From: an uncultured Fastidiosipila sp.
Lineage (GTDB): Bacteria > Bacillota > Clostridia > Saccharofermentanales > Fastidiosipilaceae
Direction: 5' to 3'
Length of the DNA: 32,000 bases
NCBI GenBank assembly: GCA_964479695.1
Contig: CAYZSO010000003.1
Span: 60,567-92,566, forward strand
Shown here: positions 7,315 through 15,851 of the stretch, piece after piece
How the letters are laid out: every line of letters begins with the position of its first letter
How positions within the stretch are numbered: position 1 is the first letter of the stretch
The notes under the pieces: model-generated
Database searches by the model: none
The model's input: only the letters and a program-made list of their open reading frames with translations
Told to the model about the DNA's origin: nothing
Made by a program: the position numbers and the translations under genes

Positions 7315-8377
7315 TAAACAAATGATTGTTGGCCTTGCCGTCTTGCTTGTCGTGATCGGCGCGGCCGTGGCTTACATGGCTATCAGCGGCAGCCGGCCGC
7401 AGGAAGTCACGCTTTCCGGATACGTCGGCGGCGAGAAGACGAACTTCCTGGAAGACCCGGAAGTTAAGGCGATCTTGAAGAATGATTTCGGCATCACGTT
7501 GGACGTTCACAAGGCGGGTTCGCTGGACATGGTACGTGCCAAGGATTTGGCAGACCGAAATTTCCTCTGGCCTTCCAGTCAGACGGCATTAGAACTTTAT
7601 GAGGACACCGTCGGGCCTACGTATAAAGATGATAATATCTTCAACACGCCGATCGTGCTTTATTCCAGAGCCTATGTGGCGGACGGTCTGGTGGCTGCCG
7701 GCTTAGCAAGTAAAGAGAATGATACGTACTTGGTCGATATGCCGGCTCTGGTCACGGCGATGAAAGAAGACAAGACGTGGGCGGATATTGGTCTTACGCA
7801 GCTTTATGGTTCCATTTCGATCCATACCACAGACCCCTCGAAATCCAATTCCGGGAACATGTTTTCCGGCCTCATTGCGAATATGTTAAATAACAATACG
7901 GTGGTGACGGAGGCGCAAGTGCCGTCTATTTTGCCTGACCTTACCCGGATTTTTGACAAGATCGGTTATATGGAAACGTCATCTTCGGATTTGTTTACCC
8001 TCTTCCTGACAACCGGAATGGGCAACAAGCCCATCGTTGCGGGATATGAGAATCAGCTCTTGGAATTCTCCTCGATGAACAGTCAGGAGTGGCAGAATGT
8101 CAAATCGGATATTGTCATCATGTATCCGACGCCCACTGTCTGGTCCTCTCATATTTTCATCGCCCTCGATAGCGAAGGGGAGAAATTGATGACCGCTCTG
8201 AAAGACCCCAGGCTCCAGCAGATTGCCTGGGAGAAACATGGCTTCCGCACCGGTGTATACGGCTCAACCTCACAAGAGAATAAGTTTGATGTGCCGGGTG
8301 TCGCAAACCAAATTACCCAAATTATCCAAATGCCCGGCTACAAGGCCATGAGTCAAATTGTTGCCGCTTTCGAATAA
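7295..8377 (+). CDS. membrane-anchored periplasmic-binding-protein-like protein, function unknown
   Basis: N-terminal TM anchor MIVGLAVLLVVIGAAVAYMAI. Shares the WP(A/S)S and SNSG motifs with the N-domain of the vWA lipoprotein. SD GAAGGGGG. Overlaps the previous gene by 20 nt. Confidence 0.75.
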   Translation: MALSRSNKQMIVGLAVLLVVIGAAVAYMAISGSRPQEVTLSGYVGGEKTNFLEDPEVKAILKNDFGITLDVHKAGSLDMVRAKDLADRNFLWPSSQTALELYEDTVGPTYKDDNIFNTPIVLYSRAYVADGLVAAGLASKENDTYLVDMPALVTAMKEDKTWADIGLTQLYGSISIHTTDPSKSNSGNMFSGLIANMLNNNTVVTEAQVPSILPDLTRIFDKIGYMETSSSDLFTLFLTTGMGNKPIVAGYENQLLEFSSMNSQEWQNVKSDIVIMYPTPTVWSSHIFIALDSEGEKLMTALKDPRLQQIAWEKHGFRTGVYGSTSQENKFDVPGVANQITQIIQMPGYKAMSQIVAAFE

Positions 8378-8460
8378 GAATTTACACCGCAGAATAAGAA
8401 TTAACCGCAGAACAAGAATTAAACCGCAGAATAAGCATTTACACCACCAAACAAGAATTC
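8372..8460. repeat. 18-19-nt degenerate tandem repeat ACCGCAGAA(T/C)AAGAATT(A)A, ~4 units
   Basis: Units begin at 8386, 8404, 8423 and 8441. The first GAATAAGAATT includes the TAA stop of the upstream gene. Confidence 0.8.
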
Positions 8461-8478
8461 AGAAGTGGAGGAACTAAG

Positions 8479-9621
8479 ATGGACGGAAAGATCACATTGG
8501 AGGCTTTGGCCAAACAAAAAGAGCTGAGCCCGGACGTAAGTCGCGTAGCAGAAACCAGCGAGGAACTTGCCCAAGCAGCTCCGAAAGAAATTACCCCGGA
8601 AATGCGTAAGCAAGTTGACCAGATCAAGAATGGCATCAATTTGTTGGACTCGACCGGCCTTATTACCTATGGTGCCGGAGCGCAGCGGAACTTGACTGCC
8701 TTTTCGGATAATATTTTACAGAAGGTTCGCTCGAAGGACGCGGGTTATGTGGGGGAGACCTTATCCAATCTGATGGTGACCGTAAAGAGTCTTGAGGTCG
8801 ACAAATTGGGCAACGACAACGGGTTCCTGGCGAAACTCGGTATCGGCAACACGATGAAGAAATTCCTAGCCCGTTATGACACCGTCGAAATGCAAATTGA
8901 TAAGATCGAGGCGGAGCTGGACAAGGCGCAGACGATGCTCTTGAAGGATATTGCGACCTTCGACCAACTCTACGACAAGAACCTCGAGTATTTCAAGGAA
9001 CTGGATACCTATATTGTAGCCGGTGACGAAACCATCAAGGAAGCGCGTGAAGTGACTCTGCCTTCTCTCCGGGCCGAAGCCGCCGCCTCCGACAATGAGA
9101 TGGCCCCGCAACTGGTGCAGGATTTTGAGAATACACTGGATCGTTTTGAGCGGAAGGTGCATGATCTCAAACTCTCGAAGACGATTGCCATTCAAACGGC
9201 TCCACAGGTTCGCCTGATACAGAATAACGACAAACTGCTTGTGGATAAGATCCAAACATCAGTATTGCACACGATCCCTTTGTGGAAAAATCAGATTGTG
9301 ATTGCCCTAGGCCTGCAGAATCAGCAAAAAGTGCTGGAAATGCAGAAGCAAATTTCGGATACAACGAATGACTTGCTGCTGAAGAATTCCGAGATGCTGA
9401 AGCAAAATACGACCGGTGTTGCCCGTGAGACGCAACGCGGTATTGTTGAAATTGAGACCCTGAAGAAAGTCAATCAGGATCTGGTGGAGACGATCGAAGA
9501 GACCATGAAGATCAACGCGGACGGCAGGGCTGCGCGCCAAGCCGCCGAATTGGAGCTGATCGAGATTGAAAGTGATCTCAAAGAGACGATGCTCGCCAAT
9601 ATGACACCACAGGGAAACTAA
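8479..9621 (+). CDS. telA: TelA-family toxic anion resistance protein
   Basis: 380 aa, all-helical, with the TelA/YaaN-like block YGAGAQRNLTAFSDNILQKVRSKDAGYVGETLSNLM. SD GGAGG. Confidence 0.8.
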   Translation: MDGKITLEALAKQKELSPDVSRVAETSEELAQAAPKEITPEMRKQVDQIKNGINLLDSTGLITYGAGAQRNLTAFSDNILQKVRSKDAGYVGETLSNLMVTVKSLEVDKLGNDNGFLAKLGIGNTMKKFLARYDTVEMQIDKIEAELDKAQTMLLKDIATFDQLYDKNLEYFKELDTYIVAGDETIKEAREVTLPSLRAEAAASDNEMAPQLVQDFENTLDRFERKVHDLKLSKTIAIQTAPQVRLIQNNDKLLVDKIQTSVLHTIPLWKNQIVIALGLQNQQKVLEMQKQISDTTNDLLLKNSEMLKQNTTGVARETQRGIVEIETLKKVNQDLVETIEETMKINADGRAARQAAELELIEIESDLKETMLANMTPQGN

Positions 9622-10964
9622 GCTGTGCGGCTGCGATTGCCACTGCCGCTTGAGCTGCCACTGCTGCTAGAGCCACTACGGCCACCACGCCTGTTGTTGC
9701 GGGATCCTCTGCCTGATTGGCGGTGGCTCCCGCTATTTCTTTGTTTGCTGTAAGAGGAAGATTGAGTAGGGTTGCCAGAGTTGCCGAGGGAGTCTTGCGC
9801 CAAAGAAGGCTCCACCGGGAGGTTCCGGGCCGGATACAGGTGATCTTCGACCACCGGGATCTTGGTACCGATGAAACGCACGATATCAGACAGCAACTTA
9901 CGCTCTTCAAGATCACAGAATGATATGGCTACTCCTGCCTTGCCGGCTCTGCCCGTGCGCCCGATGCGGTGAACATAGGATTCCGGGATCTCGGGCAAAT
10001 CGTAATTGAAGACGTGCGAGAGATCGTCAATATCCAAACCGCGGGCCGCGATATCAGTGGCGACCAGCACCCGGACTTGGCGTTTCTTAAAAGCATTCAA
10101 GGCGTTGACTCTGGCATTTTGCGATTTATTACCGTGAATGGCAACCGCATCAATGCCACTGCGACCCAGCTCCTTCACCACTCGGTCCGCGCCATGTTTC
10201 GTACGTGTGAAGACCAGAGCGGATTCAACATCTAAGGTTAGCAAGAGGTGTTGCAGGAGATTTCGCTTATTGGCTCGGTCGACGTAATAGAGACTTTGCT
10301 CAATCGCTTCAACCGTGGTGGTTTCCGGTTCGATGGCGATCCGGTAGGGATCGGTCAGAAGAGACGCGGCCAGCTTCGCAACTTGTGTCGGCATGGTCGC
10401 TGAGAAAAACAAAGTTTGTTTATGCTCCGGCGTGAAGCTTAAGATTCGCTTCACATCATGGATGAACCCCATGTCCAGCATGCGGTCCGCCTCATCCAAA
10501 ACCAGAATTTCCACGTGTTGCAGATTGACCAGTCGCTGGTTGATGAGGTCCAGGAGGCGACCCGGAGTAGCGATGAGGATATCTACATCACGCGCCAAGT
10601 CTCTTTCTTGCTTCTTCTGCGAAACACCGCCAAAGATCACCGCTGTGCGGAGCTTGAGGCCTCTGCCGTAGCTGCGGTAATTGTCGTAAATTTGTAGGGC
10701 GAGCTCGCGGGTCGGTGTAAGGATCAGCGAGCGGATCGGGCGTTTGCCGCCACGACTGGTTTCAGTCGTTTCGTTGAGTAATTGGAGCGTCGGCACAGCG
10801 AAGGCAGCCGTTTTGCCGGTGCCGGTTTGCGCAGAGGCTAAGATATCGCGTCCGCTCAGAATGGCGGGAATGGCTTCTTCCTGGATCGGTGTGGGGTGGG
10901 TATACTGTTCGTTTTTAAGTTCTGCCAAAATCGGCGGAATAATTTCTAATTCTTGAAATGTCAT
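9618..10964 (-). CDS. DEAD-box ATP-dependent RNA helicase with R/G/S-rich C-terminal tail
   Basis: Q motif PTPIQ, then AQTGTGKT, PTRELA, VLDEADRM, SAT and HRIGRTGRAG. Start set at MTFQELE (10964) behind AAGGAG. The track ORF runs to 11345 through the spacer. Confidence 0.92.
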   Translation of the reverse strand: MTFQELEIIPPILAELKNEQYTHPTPIQEEAIPAILSGRDILASAQTGTGKTAAFAVPTLQLLNETTETSRGGKRPIRSLILTPTRELALQIYDNYRSYGRGLKLRTAVIFGGVSQKKQERDLARDVDILIATPGRLLDLINQRLVNLQHVEILVLDEADRMLDMGFIHDVKRILSFTPEHKQTLFFSATMPTQVAKLAASLLTDPYRIAIEPETTTVEAIEQSLYYVDRANKRNLLQHLLLTLDVESALVFTRTKHGADRVVKELGRSGIDAVAIHGNKSQNARVNALNAFKKRQVRVLVATDIAARGLDIDDLSHVFNYDLPEIPESYVHRIGRTGRAGKAGVAISFCDLEERKLLSDIVRFIGTKIPVVEDHLYPARNLPVEPSLAQDSLGNSGNPTQSSSYSKQRNSGSHRQSGRGSRNNRRGGRSGSSSSGSSSGSGNRSRTA

Positions 10965-11063
10965 GGATCTCCTTAAAGTCTTTGCAAGACAACCCAGACA
11001 ATATACCACGTTTGGACCATAAAAAGTGTGTTTTGCCGCAAATGGCGGCAATCCCTTTGCAGT

Positions 11064-11107
11064 CCCACGGCAATCCCACGGCAATCCCACGGTTATCCCA
11101 CGGCAAT
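11064..11107. repeat. 11-mer tandem repeat CCCACGGCAAT x4
   Basis: Units at 11064, 11075, 11086 (CCCACGGTTAT) and 11097. A degenerate leader GGCAATCCCTTTGCAGT precedes them. Lies in the divergent spacer. Confidence 0.85.
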
Positions 11108-11247
11108 CTCGGTGGAAAGTAGGTGGAGCTAAATTTCCAAGGAATAAGGAAGTTGTGCTACTCTGGAAGAAGCATAATCCCGCTTGAGTGGAGCGATATG
11201 CGTAGCGATAAGCAAAGCGATCAGTGAAACGATATGAGGAGAGATCA

Positions 11248-12117
11248 ATGAGTGAGCAAATAGGCATCAACTTGTGGAATTGGGTGAATCGTTCCGCTGA
11301 AATTACACCGGACCTCATTAGGCACGTGGCGAGCCTGGGCTTCAAGGTGATCGAGATCCCGCTGACTGACCCACTGATCGATCCGGGGGTGGAGGGGGCG
11401 GCTTTGGCCAGAACTATTGAGGCGCAAGACCTGCGCGTGAGTACTTGCCTCTCACCGCCACAAGGCTACGATATCGGAGCCACAGATCCCGAAGAACGCG
11501 CGCGAGCGATTGCGTACCTTGAACATGCGATTACCACGTCCGCCGAACTCCACGCTGAGGTCATGGTGGGCCCATTCTTCGCATCGGGTGGCAAGCGGAT
11601 CTGGCTTGAGAAGGACGAACGAGAAGAGCTCTTGGCCGTTGTGGCAGGGAATCTGGCCCAGCTCGCGGAATTCGCTCAGAGCCAGGGGGTCAGGCTCGCC
11701 ATTGAGCCGGTCAACCGCTACCGCACGAGCATCGTGAATACCGCAGAGCAAGCACTCGCTCTCGTGGCCAAAGCCGCCCACCCCAACCTCGGGATCCTCT
11801 ACGACACGTATCAAGCGAACATCGAGGAGACGCACGTGACTCAAGGACTTCGGAAAATCCTCGATGAAGGCAAACTTTTCCATTTCCATGCCTGTGAGAA
11901 TAACCGCAACATTCCGGGCGAAGGGCAAATTCACTGGCCTGAAATTCTGGGTCTCTTGGAGCAAAAGAAGTATGAGGGCTTCCTCACGATGGAACTCTTC
12001 AAGCCCGGAGGCCTAGATGCTGGCTGGGCGTATGAGGATCGTACCCGCGACGAGATTGCAAGGCAAGGTCTGGAGAATCTTCGCAGTCTGCTGGCTGACG
12101 TCGTTATGAGCTCATGA
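11248..12117 (+). CDS. sugar (phosphate) isomerase/epimerase, xylose-isomerase-like TIM barrel
   Basis: Family-typical pattern: IEIPL, E..., LAIEPVNR, ILYDTYQANIEE, FHACEN and MELF. Start moved to ATG 11248 behind GAGGAG. Confidence 0.8.
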   Translation: MSEQIGINLWNWVNRSAEITPDLIRHVASLGFKVIEIPLTDPLIDPGVEGAALARTIEAQDLRVSTCLSPPQGYDIGATDPEERARAIAYLEHAITTSAELHAEVMVGPFFASGGKRIWLEKDEREELLAVVAGNLAQLAEFAQSQGVRLAIEPVNRYRTSIVNTAEQALALVAKAAHPNLGILYDTYQANIEETHVTQGLRKILDEGKLFHFHACENNRNIPGEGQIHWPEILGLLEQKKYEGFLTMELFKPGGLDAGWAYEDRTRDEIARQGLENLRSLLADVVMSS

Positions 12118-12173
12118 AGACCTGAGACCTGAGTGAAGACCCAAGACCCGAATTAGGACCTAAGACCCAAGTC
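12115..12173. repeat. degenerate AGACC(T/C) repeats starting at the stop codon
   Basis: TGAAGACC at 12115-12122 includes the TGA stop and recurs as TGAAGACCC at 12134-12142. TGAGACC, AAGACCC and TAAGACCC units lie in between and after. Confidence 0.75.
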
Positions 12174-12276
12174 TTTTGTATGACAAATGTCATTTTTCCG
12201 TTATAATCGATATATTATATTGGAGTATTATTTCTGAATTAAGGAGAAGGCAACTCGAGCGAGAAGGAGGAGAAAC

Positions 12277-14202
12277 GTGAGAATCGATGATGATTCCCGT
12301 GTCATGGATCTCTACAACCATCCGGTTGGCTATGACGTGATCAATAAGATTTTGCTGCAGCTAAACCGCCCGCAGAACTTGGTGAAAAACCCCTTAGTAA
12401 AGCATGTGAAGCTGCGGACCATACGTAAATGGACGGCAAAAGTCATCCCACAAGATCTCTGGGAGACCGCGTACTGGCTCCTGAACAATCAACCCGACGA
12501 GCCTTCTTCCGGCACCTTGAATCCGGCGAAACCTTGGTGGAAGGAAGCGGTGTTCTACCAGATTTACCCTCGTTCCTTTGCGGACTCCAATGGTGATGGA
12601 GTAGGGGATCTTCAAGGGATCATTGGTAAATTAGATTATTTGCAAGCGCTCGGTGTGGATGCGCTCTGGCTTTCGCCGATTTATGACTCTCCGAATGATG
12701 ACAACGGCTACGATATCCGAAATTATCATAAAATCATGGAAGAAATGGGGACCATGGACGATTTCGACCAGCTCCTCCTGGAAGTGCACAAACGTGGCAT
12801 GCGGCTCATTATGGATCTGGTAGTGAACCATACTTCCGATGAACATGCTTGGTTTCAGCGTGCCATAGAAGATCCGGAAGGCCCTTACGGTCAATACTAT
12901 TTCCTGCGTAAAGGGCAAGAAGAGCAAGCACCGAACAATTGGGTCTCTTTTTTCAGCGGCTCCGCGTGGCGCTGGTTTCCCGAGGCCAAACGCTGGGGTC
13001 TTCACCTCTTTTCATCGAAGCAAATGGATCTTAATTGGGATCATCCCCCGGTTCGGAAGGAGATTGCGGAGATGGTTCGTTGGTGGTTGGCCAAAGGCGT
13101 CGACGGCTTCCGTCTCGATGTGATCAACTACATCTCCAAACGGGAAGGTCTGCCTGACGGGAACAACCTAATCGGCGAATTAATGCAGTATTACGGGATT
13201 GAGAATTACTATTTCGGTCCGAATCTTCACCGTTATTTACGTGAACTTCGGCGTGAGGCCTTCGAACCGTATCAAGCTTTCTCTGTGGGCGAGACACCGG
13301 GCATCGGCATCAAGATGGGACAGCTCCTCTCCGGCGAGGACAGGCGCGAATTGGATCTGGTCTTCAATTTTGACCATCTGGAGACGCCTGGCCACGTGCG
13401 TTTCAATCAATATACCTACGATCCGAACTATTTGAAAAAATATTACATGAAGTATCATACGATCCTAACCAATAATGACTGGATGTCCGTTTTTTGGGAC
13501 AACCATGATAACCCACGTATGCTGTCAAAAATCAATTCCGATCCCGCCTGGCGCGAGCGTCTGGCGAAGCTTCTTTTGATTTTACAACTGACGATGAAAG
13601 GCACGCCATTTTTATTCCAAGGCCAGGAGCTCGGAGCTGTGAATCAGAAATTCACCAATATTACGGAGCTTCGCGATGTTGAGTCACTGAATTTTTATGC
13701 GGAACGAGTGGCGGAGGACGGTCCCGAACGAGCTTGGCAAACGGTGCTTGCCGGTACCCGTGATCACGCCAGAGTTCCCATGCGCTGGAGCGCTGAAGGG
13801 GGCTTCTCCGAGGCAGAGCCATGGCTACCATGGCCTTCTGAGGATCCTGGCTGGAGTGTGGCGGAGCAAGAAGAAGACCTTAACTCCGTCCTTCACTTTG
13901 CGAGAAAGCTCCTGGCCATTCGCAAAGAAAATGAAGGGCTCCGTTTCGGCCAAATTCGCTTCATTGCGGGGAATAAACACAATTACTTTGCCTATTTTCG
14001 CGAAGAGAAGGGCTCAAGACTTTTCATCGAGATGAACCTCGGCAGTGAGATTCTGAAACGTCCTTTCACCTCCAGGAAGTACCAACTCCTACTCAGTAAT
14101 GTGGATCACGGCAAAAAAACCAGAATGGACCGCATGAGTGAATACATGGAACCCTATGAGGCGGCTCTGTACCTAGTACAGAAGCGAAACTCAGCGGAAT
14201 AA
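12277..14202 (+). CDS. GH13 alpha-glucosidase / oligo-1,6-glucosidase family enzyme with ~85-aa N-terminal extension
   Basis: WWKEAVFYQIYPRSF, DLVVNHTS, GFRLDVINYI and FWDNHDNPR. GTG start behind GAAGGAGG. Confidence 0.9.
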   Translation: MRIDDDSRVMDLYNHPVGYDVINKILLQLNRPQNLVKNPLVKHVKLRTIRKWTAKVIPQDLWETAYWLLNNQPDEPSSGTLNPAKPWWKEAVFYQIYPRSFADSNGDGVGDLQGIIGKLDYLQALGVDALWLSPIYDSPNDDNGYDIRNYHKIMEEMGTMDDFDQLLLEVHKRGMRLIMDLVVNHTSDEHAWFQRAIEDPEGPYGQYYFLRKGQEEQAPNNWVSFFSGSAWRWFPEAKRWGLHLFSSKQMDLNWDHPPVRKEIAEMVRWWLAKGVDGFRLDVINYISKREGLPDGNNLIGELMQYYGIENYYFGPNLHRYLRELRREAFEPYQAFSVGETPGIGIKMGQLLSGEDRRELDLVFNFDHLETPGHVRFNQYTYDPNYLKKYYMKYHTILTNNDWMSVFWDNHDNPRMLSKINSDPAWRERLAKLLLILQLTMKGTPFLFQGQELGAVNQKFTNITELRDVESLNFYAERVAEDGPERAWQTVLAGTRDHARVPMRWSAEGGFSEAEPWLPWPSEDPGWSVAEQEEDLNSVLHFARKLLAIRKENEGLRFGQIRFIAGNKHNYFAYFREEKGSRLFIEMNLGSEILKRPFTSRKYQLLLSNVDHGKKTRMDRMSEYMEPYEAALYLVQKRNSAE

Positions 14203-14222
14203 ATACACTGAAAAAGATTCCG

Positions 14223-14266
14223 GCAAAAAAAGCCGCTGTTGCGCATACTCATTACACAACAGCGGC
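14223..14266 (-). terminator. rho-independent terminator of the hydrogenase operon (possibly bidirectional)
   Basis: 10-bp stem GCCGCTGTTG (14232-14241) with CAACAGCGGC (14257-14266). A run of 8 T on the minus strand lies at 14224-14231. Confidence 0.75.
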
Positions 14267-14285
14267 CATTTATAGAACATTCTTA

Positions 14286-14361
14286 TTACTTGGCGGGCTT
14301 CCCCTTACATGCCGGGCTTCCACTTACTTGCCGGGCTTCCCCTTACATGCCGGGCTTCTCC
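14286..14361. repeat. 19-nt tandem repeat x4: TTAC(T/A)T(G)GC(C/G)GGGCTTC(C/T)(C/A)C
   Basis: Units at 14286, 14305, 14324 and 14343. The last unit encodes the final codons (KPGM) plus the TAA of the hydrogenase gene. Confidence 0.9.
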
Positions 14362-15851
14362 GTCTCACTCAGGAGAACATTGTCAGCCGGTGATTTGTAA
14401 GGCGCGGCGGCGGCAAAGGTTTGCACATTCTTCCTCGCCCTTGCGATTGGAACCAGCGTACCCGGCCCACCGACACAGCCACCGGCACAAGCCATACCTT
14501 CAATCAGCATGCCGTTCTTCTTACCGGCCTTGGCCATGCGCATTAATTTCACACACTCGGCCAAACCTTCGACGGATTCATAGTTCACAGTGAGATCCGG
14601 AGCCATTTCCTTGATTCGGCTGTTGACCGCGGCCGCAACGCCACCGGAAACAGCATAGCCGCGCCCTGTTGCGGATGCCTCAGCCGGCTCACGCTCAGGC
14701 ACAAGCTCAGACAGTTCAATGTCGCGGGCAACAAACATGCCCATAAGTTCCTCGAAGGTAATAACGAAATCGACATCATCCTTGACATTGTCCTGTAAGG
14801 CTTCCAATTTCTTGGAAATACATGGCCCTATAAAAACAACCTTTGCATCCGGATGACGCTCCTTGAGCTGGTGAGCCGAATACACCATAGGCGTGGACGA
14901 CTCGGAAATGTAGTCATTCTGCTCCGGGAAAAGTTTCGAAACCATGAGTTTCCATGAATAGCAGCAGGATGTGCCGAGGAACGGTTTTTCTTCCGGAACA
15001 TGATTAATGAACTCAGACGCTTCATTCAGCGTGGTCAGATCAGCCCCCAGACCCACCTCAATCACATCCTTGATACCTAATTGACGGATGCCTTCGATGA
15101 TCTGCGCCGGCTTCGCCAAAGGACCAAATTGCCCGACGAAAGAAGGCGCAATAATGGCATACACCGGTTTGCCTTCCTGAATCGAACGAATCAATTGATA
15201 GAGTTGCGACTTGTCGGAAATCGCTCCGAAAGGGCAAGCCTGAATACAAGCTCCGCAGGCAACGCACTTGTTGTCGTCAATTTCCGCGCGGTCCAGATAA
15301 TCGGAATGGATCGCATTCACCCCGCAGGCTTCCGCACAGGGGCGGCCGGTCGTCACAATGGCTGTGTAAGGGCAAGCCTCAACACATTTACCGCACTTGA
15401 TGCACTTCTCTTGGTCGATAATAGCCGCAGTCTTGCCGATCGAAACCGCATTGACCGGACAAACATTCACGCAAGGGTGCGCTAGGCACTTCCGGCAGTT
15501 ATTGGTAACAAACATATACTTCGTAGGACAGGCCTCACAAGCAATCTTGATCACTTCGACCAGAGGTGCGGTATACACTCTCGTGGATACATCGATATCC
15601 TCAATTCCGTCCGTGACTGCCCCCGTATCATCCGCCGTGCGGGCATTAAGACCCAGAGCCATTCGCAGTCTCTCACCGATCACGGCTCTCTCCCGGAAAA
15701 TATTCTCACGGTACGTGGCCCTCTCACCCGGCAGGAGCTCGTAAATTTCCTTATTCAGTTTCGAAAGGTCCGCATCTTCATAAGCCAGTTTAGCAATGTC
15801 TGCGAAAACTTTACGACGAATATTGATAATATCAATGTATGTATCTCTCAT
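14343..15851 (-). CDS. [FeFe]-hydrogenase catalytic subunit (monomeric, group-B-like) with N-terminal 4Fe-4S ferredoxin domains
   Basis: Several CxxCxxCxxxCP clusters. H-cluster motifs are GTSCCYSW, GPCISKKLE and EGMACAGGCVGGPG. SD AGGAG. Confidence 0.85.
   Translation of the reverse strand: MRDTYIDIINIRRKVFADIAKLAYEDADLSKLNKEIYELLPGERATYRENIFRERAVIGERLRMALGLNARTADDTGAVTDGIEDIDVSTRVYTAPLVEVIKIACEACPTKYMFVTNNCRKCLAHPCVNVCPVNAVSIGKTAAIIDQEKCIKCGKCVEACPYTAIVTTGRPCAEACGVNAIHSDYLDRAEIDDNKCVACGACIQACPFGAISDKSQLYQLIRSIQEGKPVYAIIAPSFVGQFGPLAKPAQIIEGIRQLGIKDVIEVGLGADLTTLNEASEFINHVPEEKPFLGTSCCYSWKLMVSKLFPEQNDYISESSTPMVYSAHQLKERHPDAKVVFIGPCISKKLEALQDNVKDDVDFVITFEELMGMFVARDIELSELVPEREPAEASATGRGYAVSGGVAAAVNSRIKEMAPDLTVNYESVEGLAECVKLMRMAKAGKKNGMLIEGMACAGGCVGGPGTLVPIARARKNVQTFAAAAPYKSPADNVLLSETEKPGM

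Noticed and set aside
10965-11345. 127-codon N-terminal extension of the helicase ORF in the track
   Set aside because: The extension translates the 11-mer repeat spacer (PWDCRG repeats). The conserved Q-motif region begins right after the ATG at 10964, which has an AAGGAG SD.
11452-11964. 170-aa ORF antisense to the sugar isomerase gene
   Set aside because: Shadow ORF. The sense frame carries the TIM-barrel family motif pattern.
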